A stretch of DNA of 64,000 nucleotides, taken from IMG/VR virus record IMGVR_UViG_3300029319_000001; one strand, given 5' to 3'. This document shows positions 47,316 through 56,663 of the stretch, one piece after another. The DNA comes from a virus. Taxonomy: Duplodnaviria > Caudoviricetes. A model generated the notes under the pieces. The model was not told where the DNA came from, did no database searches, and was given only the letters and a program-made list of their open reading frames with translations. Position 1 is the stretch's first letter; every line of letters starts with the position of its first letter. The position numbers and the translations under genes are program-made.

Positions 47316-48694
47316 TGAAAGATCGTATAGAGTTAACCATCTTAAGGACATTCATCCATGATGAAGAATACTTAAGAAAAGTTCTTCCTTTTATTGAGAG
47401 AGAATATTTTGAAGAGCGTATTGAAAAGATTATATTTGAGGAGATATCAGATTTTGCTCAAGTATATGATAAATGTTTATCAACTGAGATCCTTTCTATT
47501 GAAATACAAAAGAGAGATGATATTTCTGAGGAAGAATATAAGAATGCTTCACAACTATTAGAGACTCTTAGTGAACCTTCTAGTCATGATCAGTGGTTGT
47601 TAGATACCACAGAGGTTTGGTGTCGTGATCGTGCTATATATTTGGCACTCATGGAATCGATTTCTATTGCCGATGGAAAAGATGACAAAAAAGGAAGGGA
47701 TGCTATTCCTAGCATTCTCTCTGACGCTCTGGCTGTTTCTTTCGATAATCATATAGGTCATGATTACCTCGAAGACTATGAAGCAAGATACGAATCATAT
47801 CATAAAAAGGATGAAAAGATTCCTTTTGACTTAGAATTCTTTAATCGTATCACAAAGGGTGGTCTCCCTAACAAAACTCTTAATGTTGCTCTCGCAGGTA
47901 CTGGTGTGGGTAAGTCTTTGTTTATGTGTCATTTTGCTAGTAGTTGTTTATTACAAGGTAAGAATGTTCTTTACATAACCTTAGAGATGGCAGAAGAAAA
48001 GATTGCAGAAAGAATAGATGCTAACTTATTAGATGTTAATATAAAAGATATTACTGATCTTCCTCGTGTATTATTTGAGAATAAAGTAACTAAGTTAGCA
48101 GGAAGAACACAAGGACAACTTATTATCAAAGAATATCCTACAGCATCTGCACATTCTGGTCACTTTAAAGCGTTACTTAATGAACTAGCGTTGAAGAAAT
48201 CATTTAGACCTGATATAATATTTGTAGATTACCTAAACATATGTGCTTCATCCAGATACAGAGGAACAATAGGTGTTAATTCGTATTCATATATTAAAGC
48301 AATTGCTGAAGAACTTAGAGGTTTGGCAGTCGAAACAAATGTACCGATTGTCAGTGCTACTCAAACTACTCGTGCTGGTTTTGGCTCTAGCGATGTTGAC
48401 ATTACCGACACATCTGAGTCTTTCGGACTCCCTGCTACTGCTGATCTTATGTTCGCTCTCATTTCTACTGAGGAATTGGAACTAGTTAATCAGATAATGG
48501 TTAAGCAATTGAAGAATAGATACAATGATCCTACTCTTAACAAGAGATTCCTTGTAGGAATTGATCGTGCTAAGATGAGATTGTTTGATTGTGAGCAAGA
48601 TAATAATGGTGAATTAGTAGATGCTAATCAAGAAGTTCTAGAAAAACTTAAAGAAGATAGCACCTCTGATAAATTTGCTAAACTAAGATTCTAA
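47315..48694 (+). CDS. gp41: Replicative helicase gp41
   Basis: LAGTGVGKS, VDYLNI, SESFGLPATAD, KQLKNRY. Confidence 0.97.
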   Translation: MKDRIELTILRTFIHDEEYLRKVLPFIEREYFEERIEKIIFEEISDFAQVYDKCLSTEILSIEIQKRDDISEEEYKNASQLLETLSEPSSHDQWLLDTTEVWCRDRAIYLALMESISIADGKDDKKGRDAIPSILSDALAVSFDNHIGHDYLEDYEARYESYHKKDEKIPFDLEFFNRITKGGLPNKTLNVALAGTGVGKSLFMCHFASSCLLQGKNVLYITLEMAEEKIAERIDANLLDVNIKDITDLPRVLFENKVTKLAGRTQGQLIIKEYPTASAHSGHFKALLNELALKKSFRPDIIFVDYLNICASSRYRGTIGVNSYSYIKAIAEELRGLAVETNVPIVSATQTTRAGFGSSDVDITDTSESFGLPATADLMFALISTEELELVNQIMVKQLKNRYNDPTLNKRFLVGIDRAKMRLFDCEQDNNGELVDANQEVLEKLKEDSTSDKFAKLRF

Positions 48695-49551
48695 TGATTA
48701 AATCTGCAGATAAAATCTGGGAAGAGGTTGGTGAGATAAACAATCTTGAGTTTGAATATCATTACCTAGGAGAAGATCAAGATATACCTGTGTTAATTGC
48801 TAAGGATGTCTTTAAATATCCTGATAAGGTAGTTGAATTTGCTAACACACTTCCTTTTTGGGAAACTAGAAACATGATTGGAGATGAGATAATCCGACCA
48901 GGATTGACTTATGAGGTATCTCCATTACTTTCTTATCAATTTACTCATAGATTATCAAGACGAGTTGGTAAAATATTTGGTGTTCCTAGACCTAAAATTT
49001 TTGATGTGTATGCATCTGCAACTGGTGGAAAAATGACACTCTGCCAAAGTGGGGGTCTTTGTTGCTATCCTCATACCGATGCTAACCCTGCTGATTCAGC
49101 ACAGGATACTCAAAATGTTGCGTTGAATATAAATTTAACAAATCATGGTGCAGTTAAGACTGGATTTTGGTCTTTTATGAACAAGAAAAGTTTGTTAGAT
49201 TTCAATATGGATGAGTTAAATGCCTTTAATAATTTTCAACATAGGCATACAGACATTGCTTCTTCATCATGGTTTCAAATGAAAGACTATGAAGACTTTA
49301 AATACGAAGATGCAGTAACCATGCCTTACAATAGTCTTGCAGCATACTCCGTTTATAATTTACACAACCCATACATAGAACCTGATTGGTTTAATATTTC
49401 TGATAGGTTGACTTTGACAGTTTTTTATGGTATACTACCAGAGGATCTGGATTTTCCTGACGGAGATCTTGAATTTGTCAAAGCGTCTTGGGATTTCTTT
49501 AGACTAACGACGCTACATAATTATAATCCCGAACATACAAGACCCTTATAG
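48694..49551 (+). CDS. DUF6445-like protein (possible 2OG-oxygenase fold)
   Basis: YPHTD, TGFWSF, PYNSLAAY...LHNPY...RLT. Confidence 0.55.
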   Translation: MIKSADKIWEEVGEINNLEFEYHYLGEDQDIPVLIAKDVFKYPDKVVEFANTLPFWETRNMIGDEIIRPGLTYEVSPLLSYQFTHRLSRRVGKIFGVPRPKIFDVYASATGGKMTLCQSGGLCCYPHTDANPADSAQDTQNVALNINLTNHGAVKTGFWSFMNKKSLLDFNMDELNAFNNFQHRHTDIASSSWFQMKDYEDFKYEDAVTMPYNSLAAYSVYNLHNPYIEPDWFNISDRLTLTVFYGILPEDLDFPDGDLEFVKASWDFFRLTTLHNYNPEHTRPL

Positions 49552-49553
49552 TC

Positions 49554-50240
49554 ATGCCAACACATTCTAGTGCTATTTCTGACAACGATTTTACACAAGG
49601 TCAGAAACCAGTAGCAACCCCTCCAAGAAAACCAAGACCAAAAGAATTTTGGGAAGCGGAACCAGAAGATGCAGAGGTACAAGGATGGAAAGATGATCCT
49701 AACGACCCTACTGGTCCACAGATAGGAAGTATTGCTAATCCTACAAACCCTGTGCCTAAAGCAACTCCACCAAAACCATTTGCAAAAACAAAAGCAAAGG
49801 TAACTATTACTCCTGACGCAGTAACAACAACAAAAACCAATGCTAAGTGGACAGAATATACTAACTTTGTAGACGCTGTTACTAGTGATGAGTCTAAAAT
49901 TGCATCACAATTTATTGCTCGCACTGCACAATTACAAGCAGAAGGATGTAAAATTGAGCGTTTATTAACTGCTGGTATCGGTATTAGTGCTGAAGGTGGT
50001 GAATTTTTAGAGATCGTTAAGAAGATTGCATTCCAAGGTAAACCTTATGATGCAGCAAGTATCAATCATCTAAAGGTAGAACTTGGTGATGTATTATGGT
50101 ATGTTGCTCAAGCATGTATGGCATTAGATGTATCTCTTGATGAAATCATAGGACAAAACATCGATAAATTGTCTGCTAGATATCCTGATGGACACTTTGA
50201 TTCATACTTTTCAGAGAACAGACGGATAGACGACCTCTAA
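49554..50240 (+). CDS. mazG: MazG-like NTP pyrophosphohydrolase with N-terminal extension
   Basis: FVDAVTS...LLTAGIGISAEGGEFLEIVKK...ELGDVLWY...KLSARYP. Confidence 0.9.
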   Translation: MPTHSSAISDNDFTQGQKPVATPPRKPRPKEFWEAEPEDAEVQGWKDDPNDPTGPQIGSIANPTNPVPKATPPKPFAKTKAKVTITPDAVTTTKTNAKWTEYTNFVDAVTSDESKIASQFIARTAQLQAEGCKIERLLTAGIGISAEGGEFLEIVKKIAFQGKPYDAASINHLKVELGDVLWYVAQACMALDVSLDEIIGQNIDKLSARYPDGHFDSYFSENRRIDDL

Positions 50241-50263
50241 ATACTTAGAAAGTATTAGAAAAA

Positions 50264-51364
50264 ATGCCCACTTATTTACAAGGTGGCGAACAAACTACCG
50301 TCAACTCAACAATAACAGAATTATTTCCTGCAATCGCCTTCAATAGTAAGAAAAAAATTACTACTGCTGAGGAGATGCAGGATTTTATTACTGAAGCAAA
50401 GTTGACTTCTCAGAATGCTAAGAAATCTTTTGTTAATGATAGTAATATTAAATCTGCTGAAAAGTATATAACAATGATGGAAAGTATTAGACCATCAATG
50501 AGAACTACTAAGTTAGAAAATGCTGTTGGAATAAAAAAATGGTTAGATGAATATAGTCATCAAAGATTAATTGATAAAGTTGTCTGGGGATACAGAGAAA
50601 AACCACAAGGAGTTCCTGAGAATCATGCAGGAGATATATTTGTATATTTTAAAGACAAAACAACTCTTCCAAAAATTTTAGGAGTTAGTTTAAAAGCAGG
50701 AACTGAGAAATCTAAAGAACCAAAGATGAATTCCTATGTTGGTTCTAGTCTTAGAAAACCATGTTTTATGGATTACTTTCCAAAAGCATTACCACAATTA
50801 AAAGACGAGTTATGGGATAAAGTATACTCTAAAGTTCCTAATCTTCCTAAAGAAGTTACTAAACAAAACTACTTAACCTTAACAACTAACAGACAAACTC
50901 CTCATCCTATACTAAAAGAGAAAGTTTTATTGATGTTTAAGTATCAAAATAGGATGTTCGAGGAATTATATAAAGAGATGAATCTAGTTTGTAGAAATAA
51001 ATTTATCTCAATGATCAATAACAATACTTATGGTTTGAACTTAACTAAGCGATGGATAATGGAAGAGTTCAATTTACCAAAAGACAATGCAGAGGTGCCT
51101 CTAGTATTAGTCAAAGCAGTTGGTATAAAAGCAGAAGCTCAACTAGCATCTGTAAAAGATTTTCTCCCTGCAGTTAGTAAAGTTAAAGCATACTTGAAGA
51201 TAAATTCTGTTCAAGAGTGGTTTATTGATTTAATGGGAGATAATAACCACAAAATAACACTACTAATGACAATAAGAAGTGACTCAGAATATAGAGAACA
51301 GAAACAAAAAGGTAAACTTGGTGCATATACTATGCTAAAATTATTATATCGTGGTGCTAAGTGA
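50264..51364 (+). CDS. Hypothetical protein, possible PD-(D/E)XK nuclease
   Basis: TELFPAI...HAGDIFVYF...GVSLKAG pattern. Confidence 0.5.
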   Translation: MPTYLQGGEQTTVNSTITELFPAIAFNSKKKITTAEEMQDFITEAKLTSQNAKKSFVNDSNIKSAEKYITMMESIRPSMRTTKLENAVGIKKWLDEYSHQRLIDKVVWGYREKPQGVPENHAGDIFVYFKDKTTLPKILGVSLKAGTEKSKEPKMNSYVGSSLRKPCFMDYFPKALPQLKDELWDKVYSKVPNLPKEVTKQNYLTLTTNRQTPHPILKEKVLLMFKYQNRMFEELYKEMNLVCRNKFISMINNNTYGLNLTKRWIMEEFNLPKDNAEVPLVLVKAVGIKAEAQLASVKDFLPAVSKVKAYLKINSVQEWFIDLMGDNNHKITLLMTIRSDSEYREQKQKGKLGAYTMLKLLYRGAK

Positions 51365-51370
51365 AATTAT

Positions 51371-51982
51371 ATGTCTTATCATGATATTTTTCCGACTAGA
51401 ATTTACAAATACAATCTAGATGTTACAGACTTGAAAGCATATATGCTTGATAGATATAATTCATACAAGGATCATTCTGTTAACGAGACTCCTAGTGGAT
51501 GGAATTGTAATGTAAGAACTGAATACGATAGTGCCTTCCCTAAACATTTGAAAGAGTATTATAATACTGTTTTACGACAATTTAAGGAGGATATTGGTTT
51601 AAAACATAGACCATTTATCGATGAGATCTGGATGAATGCCTACGAAGAATCTCATTTCCAAGAACCTCACTCTCATTTACCAGGATTTTTTTCTGCAGTG
51701 CATTATATTTGTTATGATTCTAAGGTTCATAGTCCTACAGTATTTCTAAATCCTCAGATGGATGTATATTCTTTTATGTTTGATGATAATTTTATGGATG
51801 TTCAAAAGAACCATCATTTAAAAGAGAGTGATCAATTTGATGTTGTAGAAGGAGATTTAATAATTTTTCCATCACATTTAAAACATTTTGTTAATAAAAA
51901 TAATACCAAAAATCTTCGTATGACTATATCATTCAATATAAATAAAATTGCAGAGGATACTAGAAGGGTGTTTGCTCAATAG
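51371..51982 (+). CDS. 2OG-Fe(II) oxygenase (TIGR02466-like)
   Basis: WMNAY...QEPHSH...SAVHYI...EGDLIIFPSHLKHFV...RMTISFN. Confidence 0.87.
   Translation: MSYHDIFPTRIYKYNLDVTDLKAYMLDRYNSYKDHSVNETPSGWNCNVRTEYDSAFPKHLKEYYNTVLRQFKEDIGLKHRPFIDEIWMNAYEESHFQEPHSHLPGFFSAVHYICYDSKVHSPTVFLNPQMDVYSFMFDDNFMDVQKNHHLKESDQFDVVEGDLIIFPSHLKHFVNKNNTKNLRMTISFNINKIAEDTRRVFAQ
51937..51944 (+). promoter_or_regulatory. Late promoter TATAAATA for nucleotidyltransferase
   Basis: Exact consensus 40 nt before ATG 51984. Confidence 0.7.
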
Positions 51983-51983
51983 C

Positions 51984-53195
51984 ATGAAGAATTTTGCTCA
52001 ATTTTTAACTGAAGCTCAGACTAACGCAGCAAAGCAAGCATCAAAGCTTGGTTTGACTGGGGATGGTCATGGTGCTTGGTTAGATCCTAACGGTAGAATC
52101 GTAGGTCGTACTATAGATGGTGAATTAGTTTTTAATAGTGGTCGCAAACCAGCACAAGAAACTGATCCTACTAGACCAGGTATGGCTGCTCGTGGTGTTG
52201 TTCCTGATCAAGGTCCACCTGCTGTACCACAAGCACAACCAGAAGAAGAACCAGCAGAGCAAGAACCAGTAGAAAAAACTCGTGGTACATTAACCATTGG
52301 TTTTGGAAGATTTAATCCACCTACTGCAGGTCATGAAAAACTTCTTAGCAAGATTGCAGACACAGCAGAAGAAGGAGAGTACACAATATATCCATCACAC
52401 TCAGTAGATCCGCAAAAGAATCCACTCGACACTGAGGAAAAGGTTCTTTTCATGAAAAAATTATTCCCAGATCATACCAATAATATTGTATATGATCCTT
52501 CAGTTCGTACTATATTCGATGCGTTATCACAAGCCGACACACAAGGGTACTCCAGCATTAATATCGTTGTTGGTGCTGACAGACAGAAAGAGTTTGAGGG
52601 GATCGCAAACAAATACAATGGGCAACTCTATAATTTTGACGCGATTAATGTTATTTCCGCAGGGGAAAGGGATCCCGATGCTGAAGGTGTCGAGGGCATG
52701 TCTGCTTCCAAACTACGAGCGTTAGCAGCAGATGGAGATTTTGAAGGATTTAAGAAAGGTTTACCTAAAGCTGCTAAAGGTATCGTAGCAAGAGAATTAT
52801 TTAATACTGTACAAAAATCTATGGGTACTGCTGCCAAGACTGAAGGTGTAGAAATGTGGCAGATTGCTCCTAAACTTTCAGGAAATACGCTAAGAGAAAT
52901 ATATCTTGATAGAAAATTATTTGACATAGGAAGTCTAGTAGAAAATTTAAACCATGGCTTAATTGGTAGAATAGTTCGCAGAGGTGCAAACTATGTCATA
53001 GCAGTGACTAATGAAGGAATAATGTTTAAATCTTGGATAAAAGATTTGAGTGAATATGTAACTAGAAGACCTGTCTCTGGTGTTCCTGCATCTAAGAGAG
53101 GAGTGGGTACAGACTCATATCGTGCCTATGTACAACAACTAACCCCATTAGAGAAGGTTAAGTCGTTTATAAATAACTCTAAGAAGACAGCGTAA
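51984..53195 (+). CDS. HIGH-superfamily nucleotidyltransferase with capsid-targeting-like N-terminus
   Basis: FGRFNPPTAGHEKL, VVGADR, SASKLR; starts MKNFAQFLTEA. Confidence 0.85.
   Translation: MKNFAQFLTEAQTNAAKQASKLGLTGDGHGAWLDPNGRIVGRTIDGELVFNSGRKPAQETDPTRPGMAARGVVPDQGPPAVPQAQPEEEPAEQEPVEKTRGTLTIGFGRFNPPTAGHEKLLSKIADTAEEGEYTIYPSHSVDPQKNPLDTEEKVLFMKKLFPDHTNNIVYDPSVRTIFDALSQADTQGYSSINIVVGADRQKEFEGIANKYNGQLYNFDAINVISAGERDPDAEGVEGMSASKLRALAADGDFEGFKKGLPKAAKGIVARELFNTVQKSMGTAAKTEGVEMWQIAPKLSGNTLREIYLDRKLFDIGSLVENLNHGLIGRIVRRGANYVIAVTNEGIMFKSWIKDLSEYVTRRPVSGVPASKRGVGTDSYRAYVQQLTPLEKVKSFINNSKKTA
53168..53175 (+). promoter_or_regulatory. Late promoter TATAAATA
   Basis: Exact consensus before ORF 53216. 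Confidence 0.7.
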
Positions 53196-53215
53196 ACTAC
53201 TTTGAGAAAGCTTCG

Positions 53216-53932
53216 ATGAGTAACATTGATGAAACCGCTAAGACATTAATACTGAATACTATTCAGAATGTCTTTACAGAATCCGCAATCGAGGAACCGA
53301 TTGTAGAGGAAACTCCTGCTGAAAAATTACGCAGAGAGGTTGCTGAAAAGATTGCTCATGATTTGCAAGAGAGAAAAGAAGCAACTAAGATGTATAAGTC
53401 TGGTGACGCTACAACTTCTGATGAAAAAGAATCAACAATTAAAGAAAAGAATATAAAGAATACTATTACAATCAATCCAACTATTGAAGAAGAGATTGCA
53501 CAGTTGTCAGAAAAGCAAATGGTTGTTACCAATGCAGACAAGGTTGGCAATACACCAGCATACAAGAATTTTAAGAAAGGTATAAAAGGTAAAGATGGTA
53601 AACCTTTATATGTAGCAGCAGATCATTTAAAAGATGAATATGAGCATCATCAGAAAGATAAAGATGGTAATACAATACCACATGAAGATGAGATAGCACA
53701 GGAAAACTACCGTGCAATGAGAAATCCTGAGTCACAGAAAGATCCAGATGAATCTGATAAACCATATCATAAGAGATCAAAGGCAGCAAGGATGAGAGAT
53801 CCTAAGAGAGGAATCAACTCTCCAGCATTCAAAGAATTCATGCGAAAACAAGGTTATGGGGAATCGTATAATCCTAAAGCAGCATTAACAGAGAGTACAT
53901 GGTTAATGTACGAAAAAAAAAAAATTAGCTGA
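53216..53932 (+). CDS. Putative internal head protein (ends just after an A12 tract)
   Basis: Charged low-complexity modules; late promoter; may continue into the 53994 ORF by frameshift. Confidence 0.7.
   Translation: MSNIDETAKTLILNTIQNVFTESAIEEPIVEETPAEKLRREVAEKIAHDLQERKEATKMYKSGDATTSDEKESTIKEKNIKNTITINPTIEEEIAQLSEKQMVVTNADKVGNTPAYKNFKKGIKGKDGKPLYVAADHLKDEYEHHQKDKDGNTIPHEDEIAQENYRAMRNPESQKDPDESDKPYHKRSKAARMRDPKRGINSPAFKEFMRKQGYGESYNPKAALTESTWLMYEKKKIS
53913..53924 (+). repeat. A12 homopolymer at ORF junction
   Basis: tac g AAAAAAAAAAAA ttagct. Confidence 0.9.
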
Positions 53933-54380
53933 AGCAAAAGTAGATAAGGGTAGATCTGATTACGGTAAGGCATCTATAAGAAATTATAGAAGAATGGGTC
54001 CTGGTCATGGTGATCCTGGTATGTTTGATCCCAGTGGTAAGAGAGGAAAAACTATTGAGAAGCGTAGAGAAGAACACAAAGCAAGGAGAGGTGTAAAAGG
54101 AGCAAAGGTTCCAGCATATAAGAGAGAAGAATATATTCCAGAAGAAGGATATGATCATATCAAAGATCGTATCGCAATGGCAGGTGGTGATCCTAGTTCA
54201 CCAAAGAAAAAAGATGCAACCAAGTATCCACCTCAAAGATCAAAATCAAAAGGTAAAACTGTTTATCAAAAAGAAGCAGAAAAAAAATACGGTAAGGGTG
54301 TAACTGCACTAGATATTGTAAAGAAAAACATCACCGCCAAGCACGGTAAAGGTGCAATCATGGATACAAAGAAAAAATGA
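53925..54380 (+). CDS. Lysine-rich putative internal protein segment; frame open from the A tract, first ATG at 53994
   Basis: LAEAKVDKGRSDYGKASIRNYRR precedes MGPGHGDPG in the same frame. Confidence 0.65.
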   Translation, partial: LAEAKVDKGRSDYGKASIRNYRRMGPGHGDPGMFDPSGKRGKTIEKRREEHKARRGVKGAKVPAYKREEYIPEEGYDHIKDRIAMAGGDPSSPKKKDATKYPPQRSKSKGKTVYQKEAEKKYGKGVTALDIVKKNITAKHGKGAIMDTKKK

Positions 54381-55297
54381 AAAAATTATCCAACTGGCGA
54401 GAAGAAAAGAGAGATGAGTATGGAGATCTCATAGGTGGTCCTAAAATCTCAAAGAAACAACTCAAGAAAAATCTTTCAAGTAATGAGAAAGATGAAAAAA
54501 TTACAAGAAGTGAATCTACAAAATGTGGTAAAGGAGAATACTTCTGTAATGATAGTCAGAAGTGTAAACCAATACCAGAGGGTTATCATGTAATGCCAGA
54601 TGGTATGTTGATGAAAGGTAAGAAACATAGTGTTAATGAAGTAGCACCTCCTACTGCAAAGCATGAGAGAATGGTAAAGCACATTAAAAAATCCTATAAA
54701 AAAGATGGTAAGTTAAGTGATGATGAGAAATCAATTGCTTATGCTACTGCATGGAAAAACTATAATAAAGAAGAAGTAATTCATGAGATTGCAATGAAAA
54801 AAGATAAGAAGATTCCTCTTGGAAGAAAGAGTAATCCTTATGGAAAACGAGCAATCGCAAAAATGATTATAAAATCACTTGCTGAACCAGCAAGAGCAAA
54901 GGCAGGTGTAACAAAAGAAGACTACATTGATGAATTAAGTAAGTCTACATTGGCAAGTTACATTGAAAAAGGTGCTAGAGATATTGCAGGTAAAGCAAAT
55001 GATGCTAGTATTAAAGGTATGTCAGGAAAGAGAAAGGAAGCAGATAAAGGATACGAGAAGACAGCAAAGAGAGTTAGGGGTGTCAGTAAAGCAGGATACA
55101 AACTAGCTTTAAAAGAGATGACAAGTTATAAAGACTTCATAAAATCAGCACAAGCAGCGAGGGACAGAGTGAAAAAGAAACAAGAAGACAAGAAAAAGAA
55201 AGATGCTCAGTACTCAGATATGAAGAAGCGTGGCATCAAATTCTATGATAAAAAAGGATCAGGTAGATTGGTTGGTGGTAAGAAAAAATATGACTGA
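54377..55297 (+). CDS. Lysine-rich modular putative internal head protein
   Basis: Modules CGKGEYFC...CKPIP; EVAPP...YATAWK; DELSKSTLASY. Confidence 0.75.
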   Translation: MKKLSNWREEKRDEYGDLIGGPKISKKQLKKNLSSNEKDEKITRSESTKCGKGEYFCNDSQKCKPIPEGYHVMPDGMLMKGKKHSVNEVAPPTAKHERMVKHIKKSYKKDGKLSDDEKSIAYATAWKNYNKEEVIHEIAMKKDKKIPLGRKSNPYGKRAIAKMIIKSLAEPARAKAGVTKEDYIDELSKSTLASYIEKGARDIAGKANDASIKGMSGKRKEADKGYEKTAKRVRGVSKAGYKLALKEMTSYKDFIKSAQAARDRVKKKQEDKKKKDAQYSDMKKRGIKFYDKKGSGRLVGGKKKYD

Positions 55298-55325
55298 TAT
55301 ATAGTAATAGCATATTACATTAATC

Positions 55326-55514
55326 ATGACTAAATTTTTACTACCTATTGCTATCAATATCATAGACAAAGCAGTAGACAAGATCCCAGAAGATCTAGAA
55401 GGCAAAATCAAGGAGTTTGTTATTGGACTTCTCAAGAAAGCTGCTGCTAAATCAGGCAACAAAGTAGATGATCAACTAGTAGAAGCACTAGAGAAAGCAC
55501 TATTAGGTTCTTGA
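55326..55514 (+). CDS. Small amphipathic hypothetical protein
   Basis: LLKKAAAKSGNKVDDQLVEAL. Confidence 0.7.
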   Translation: MTKFLLPIAINIIDKAVDKIPEDLEGKIKEFVIGLLKKAAAKSGNKVDDQLVEALEKALLGS

Positions 55515-55517
55515 GTT

Positions 55518-55525
55518 TATAAATA
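55518..55525 (+). promoter_or_regulatory. Late promoter TATAAATA
   Basis: Exact consensus before ORF 55559. Confidence 0.7.
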
Positions 55526-55558
55526 ATTGTAAGCAAATTGTAGTTCGGGTGTAAAAAC

Positions 55559-56062
55559 ATGGCTCTGTGGGGCAACAATGATAACATTGCTACTTTCGGT
55601 ACAGTAGCAGTTGACGGTACAACCGTCACAGGTACTGGTACTACCTTTACATCCGATGTGACTGTCGGACAGGTAATTCGAGTAGGAGCAAGAGGCGGAG
55701 TCGGTACTTATTACGGCGATGCAGTAATCACAGGTATAACCAGTGACAGAATATTGACAATTGATACAACCGCAGGGTTGAGTACAACATCAGTTGCAAC
55801 AACAAGTTACTATATCAGTGAACTTCCTAAGAGTTCAGTGCTAGATAGTGTATATCAAGAGGATCGTTCAGAATATGATTCACTTGTTTATGGTATATCA
55901 ACTGAGACATCAGGTTCCTATCATGTAGGACATCAGGGATGGGTTGGTGTACAAACATATATTGATATGCATGGTTCACTAAGAGTAAAATCAGAAACTC
56001 TAGTTGCTATGTCTGGTATTTCTACAGGTGCTAACGGTATTGCATATCCTACTGACGAATAA
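55559..56062 (+). CDS. Putative virion structural protein
   Basis: MALWGNND...VTGTGTTF...HQGWVG...RVKSETLVAM; late promoter. Confidence 0.7.
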   Translation: MALWGNNDNIATFGTVAVDGTTVTGTGTTFTSDVTVGQVIRVGARGGVGTYYGDAVITGITSDRILTIDTTAGLSTTSVATTSYYISELPKSSVLDSVYQEDRSEYDSLVYGISTETSGSYHVGHQGWVGVQTYIDMHGSLRVKSETLVAMSGISTGANGIAYPTDE

Positions 56063-56082
56063 ATAAATTATTTCATTTTATT

Positions 56083-56454
56083 ATGAGATTTGATGAACTG
56101 AATGATAGTAACTATCTCCTTTTCGCTATAAAAAATTATGAAAATCCTCAGGCAGTAACTGAGGATGATTTTTATGATGATTTAAAACGAATCAAATACA
56201 TTAAGAGACTACTGAAACGATACAAGAATAGTGGAGAGCTAAGAACTCATCTGATTCTTAATCATTTCATAGTCCTTTTTAATGTCTTTGGAGATGCAGG
56301 AGTGCCTTTACTATTTTTTAAGTTGGATAAGGAACTATGGTCTTGTACCAAGAGTTTCCTCTCTTATCTCGGTAGGATACCCGAATATCCCTCCACTGAA
56401 CTAAATAATATTGTTGATGATAATTATTGTCTAGAACAATTACGAGATATCTAA
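56083..56454 (+). CDS. Conserved T4-like hypothetical protein
   Basis: EDDFYDDLKRIKYIKRLL...RTHLILNHFIVLFNVFG. Confidence 0.8.
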   Translation: MRFDELNDSNYLLFAIKNYENPQAVTEDDFYDDLKRIKYIKRLLKRYKNSGELRTHLILNHFIVLFNVFGDAGVPLLFFKLDKELWSCTKSFLSYLGRIPEYPSTELNNIVDDNYCLEQLRDI

Positions 56455-56663
56455 TGGATCGTCGCCTTGCTAGGATCATTAAACTTATAAAAGAAGAGAT
56501 GGTCGGCAATGCAGTCGGGCAGAGTGGTGGATTTGGATCTAAAGCAGATGCAAAAGGACCAGTTGCTGGTTATGATAAAGGTCTCGGTAAAAAGAAAAAA
56601 GACAAAAAACCTTTGAAACGATATTTGTACGGTGGTGCAGGGTCTAGAAAACGATGGATGTAA
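56454..56663 (+). CDS. Small basic hypothetical protein
   Basis: TAATG coupling; MDRRLARIIKLIKEEMVGNAVG. Confidence 0.65.
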   Translation: MDRRLARIIKLIKEEMVGNAVGQSGGFGSKADAKGPVAGYDKGLGKKKKDKKPLKRYLYGGAGSRKRWM

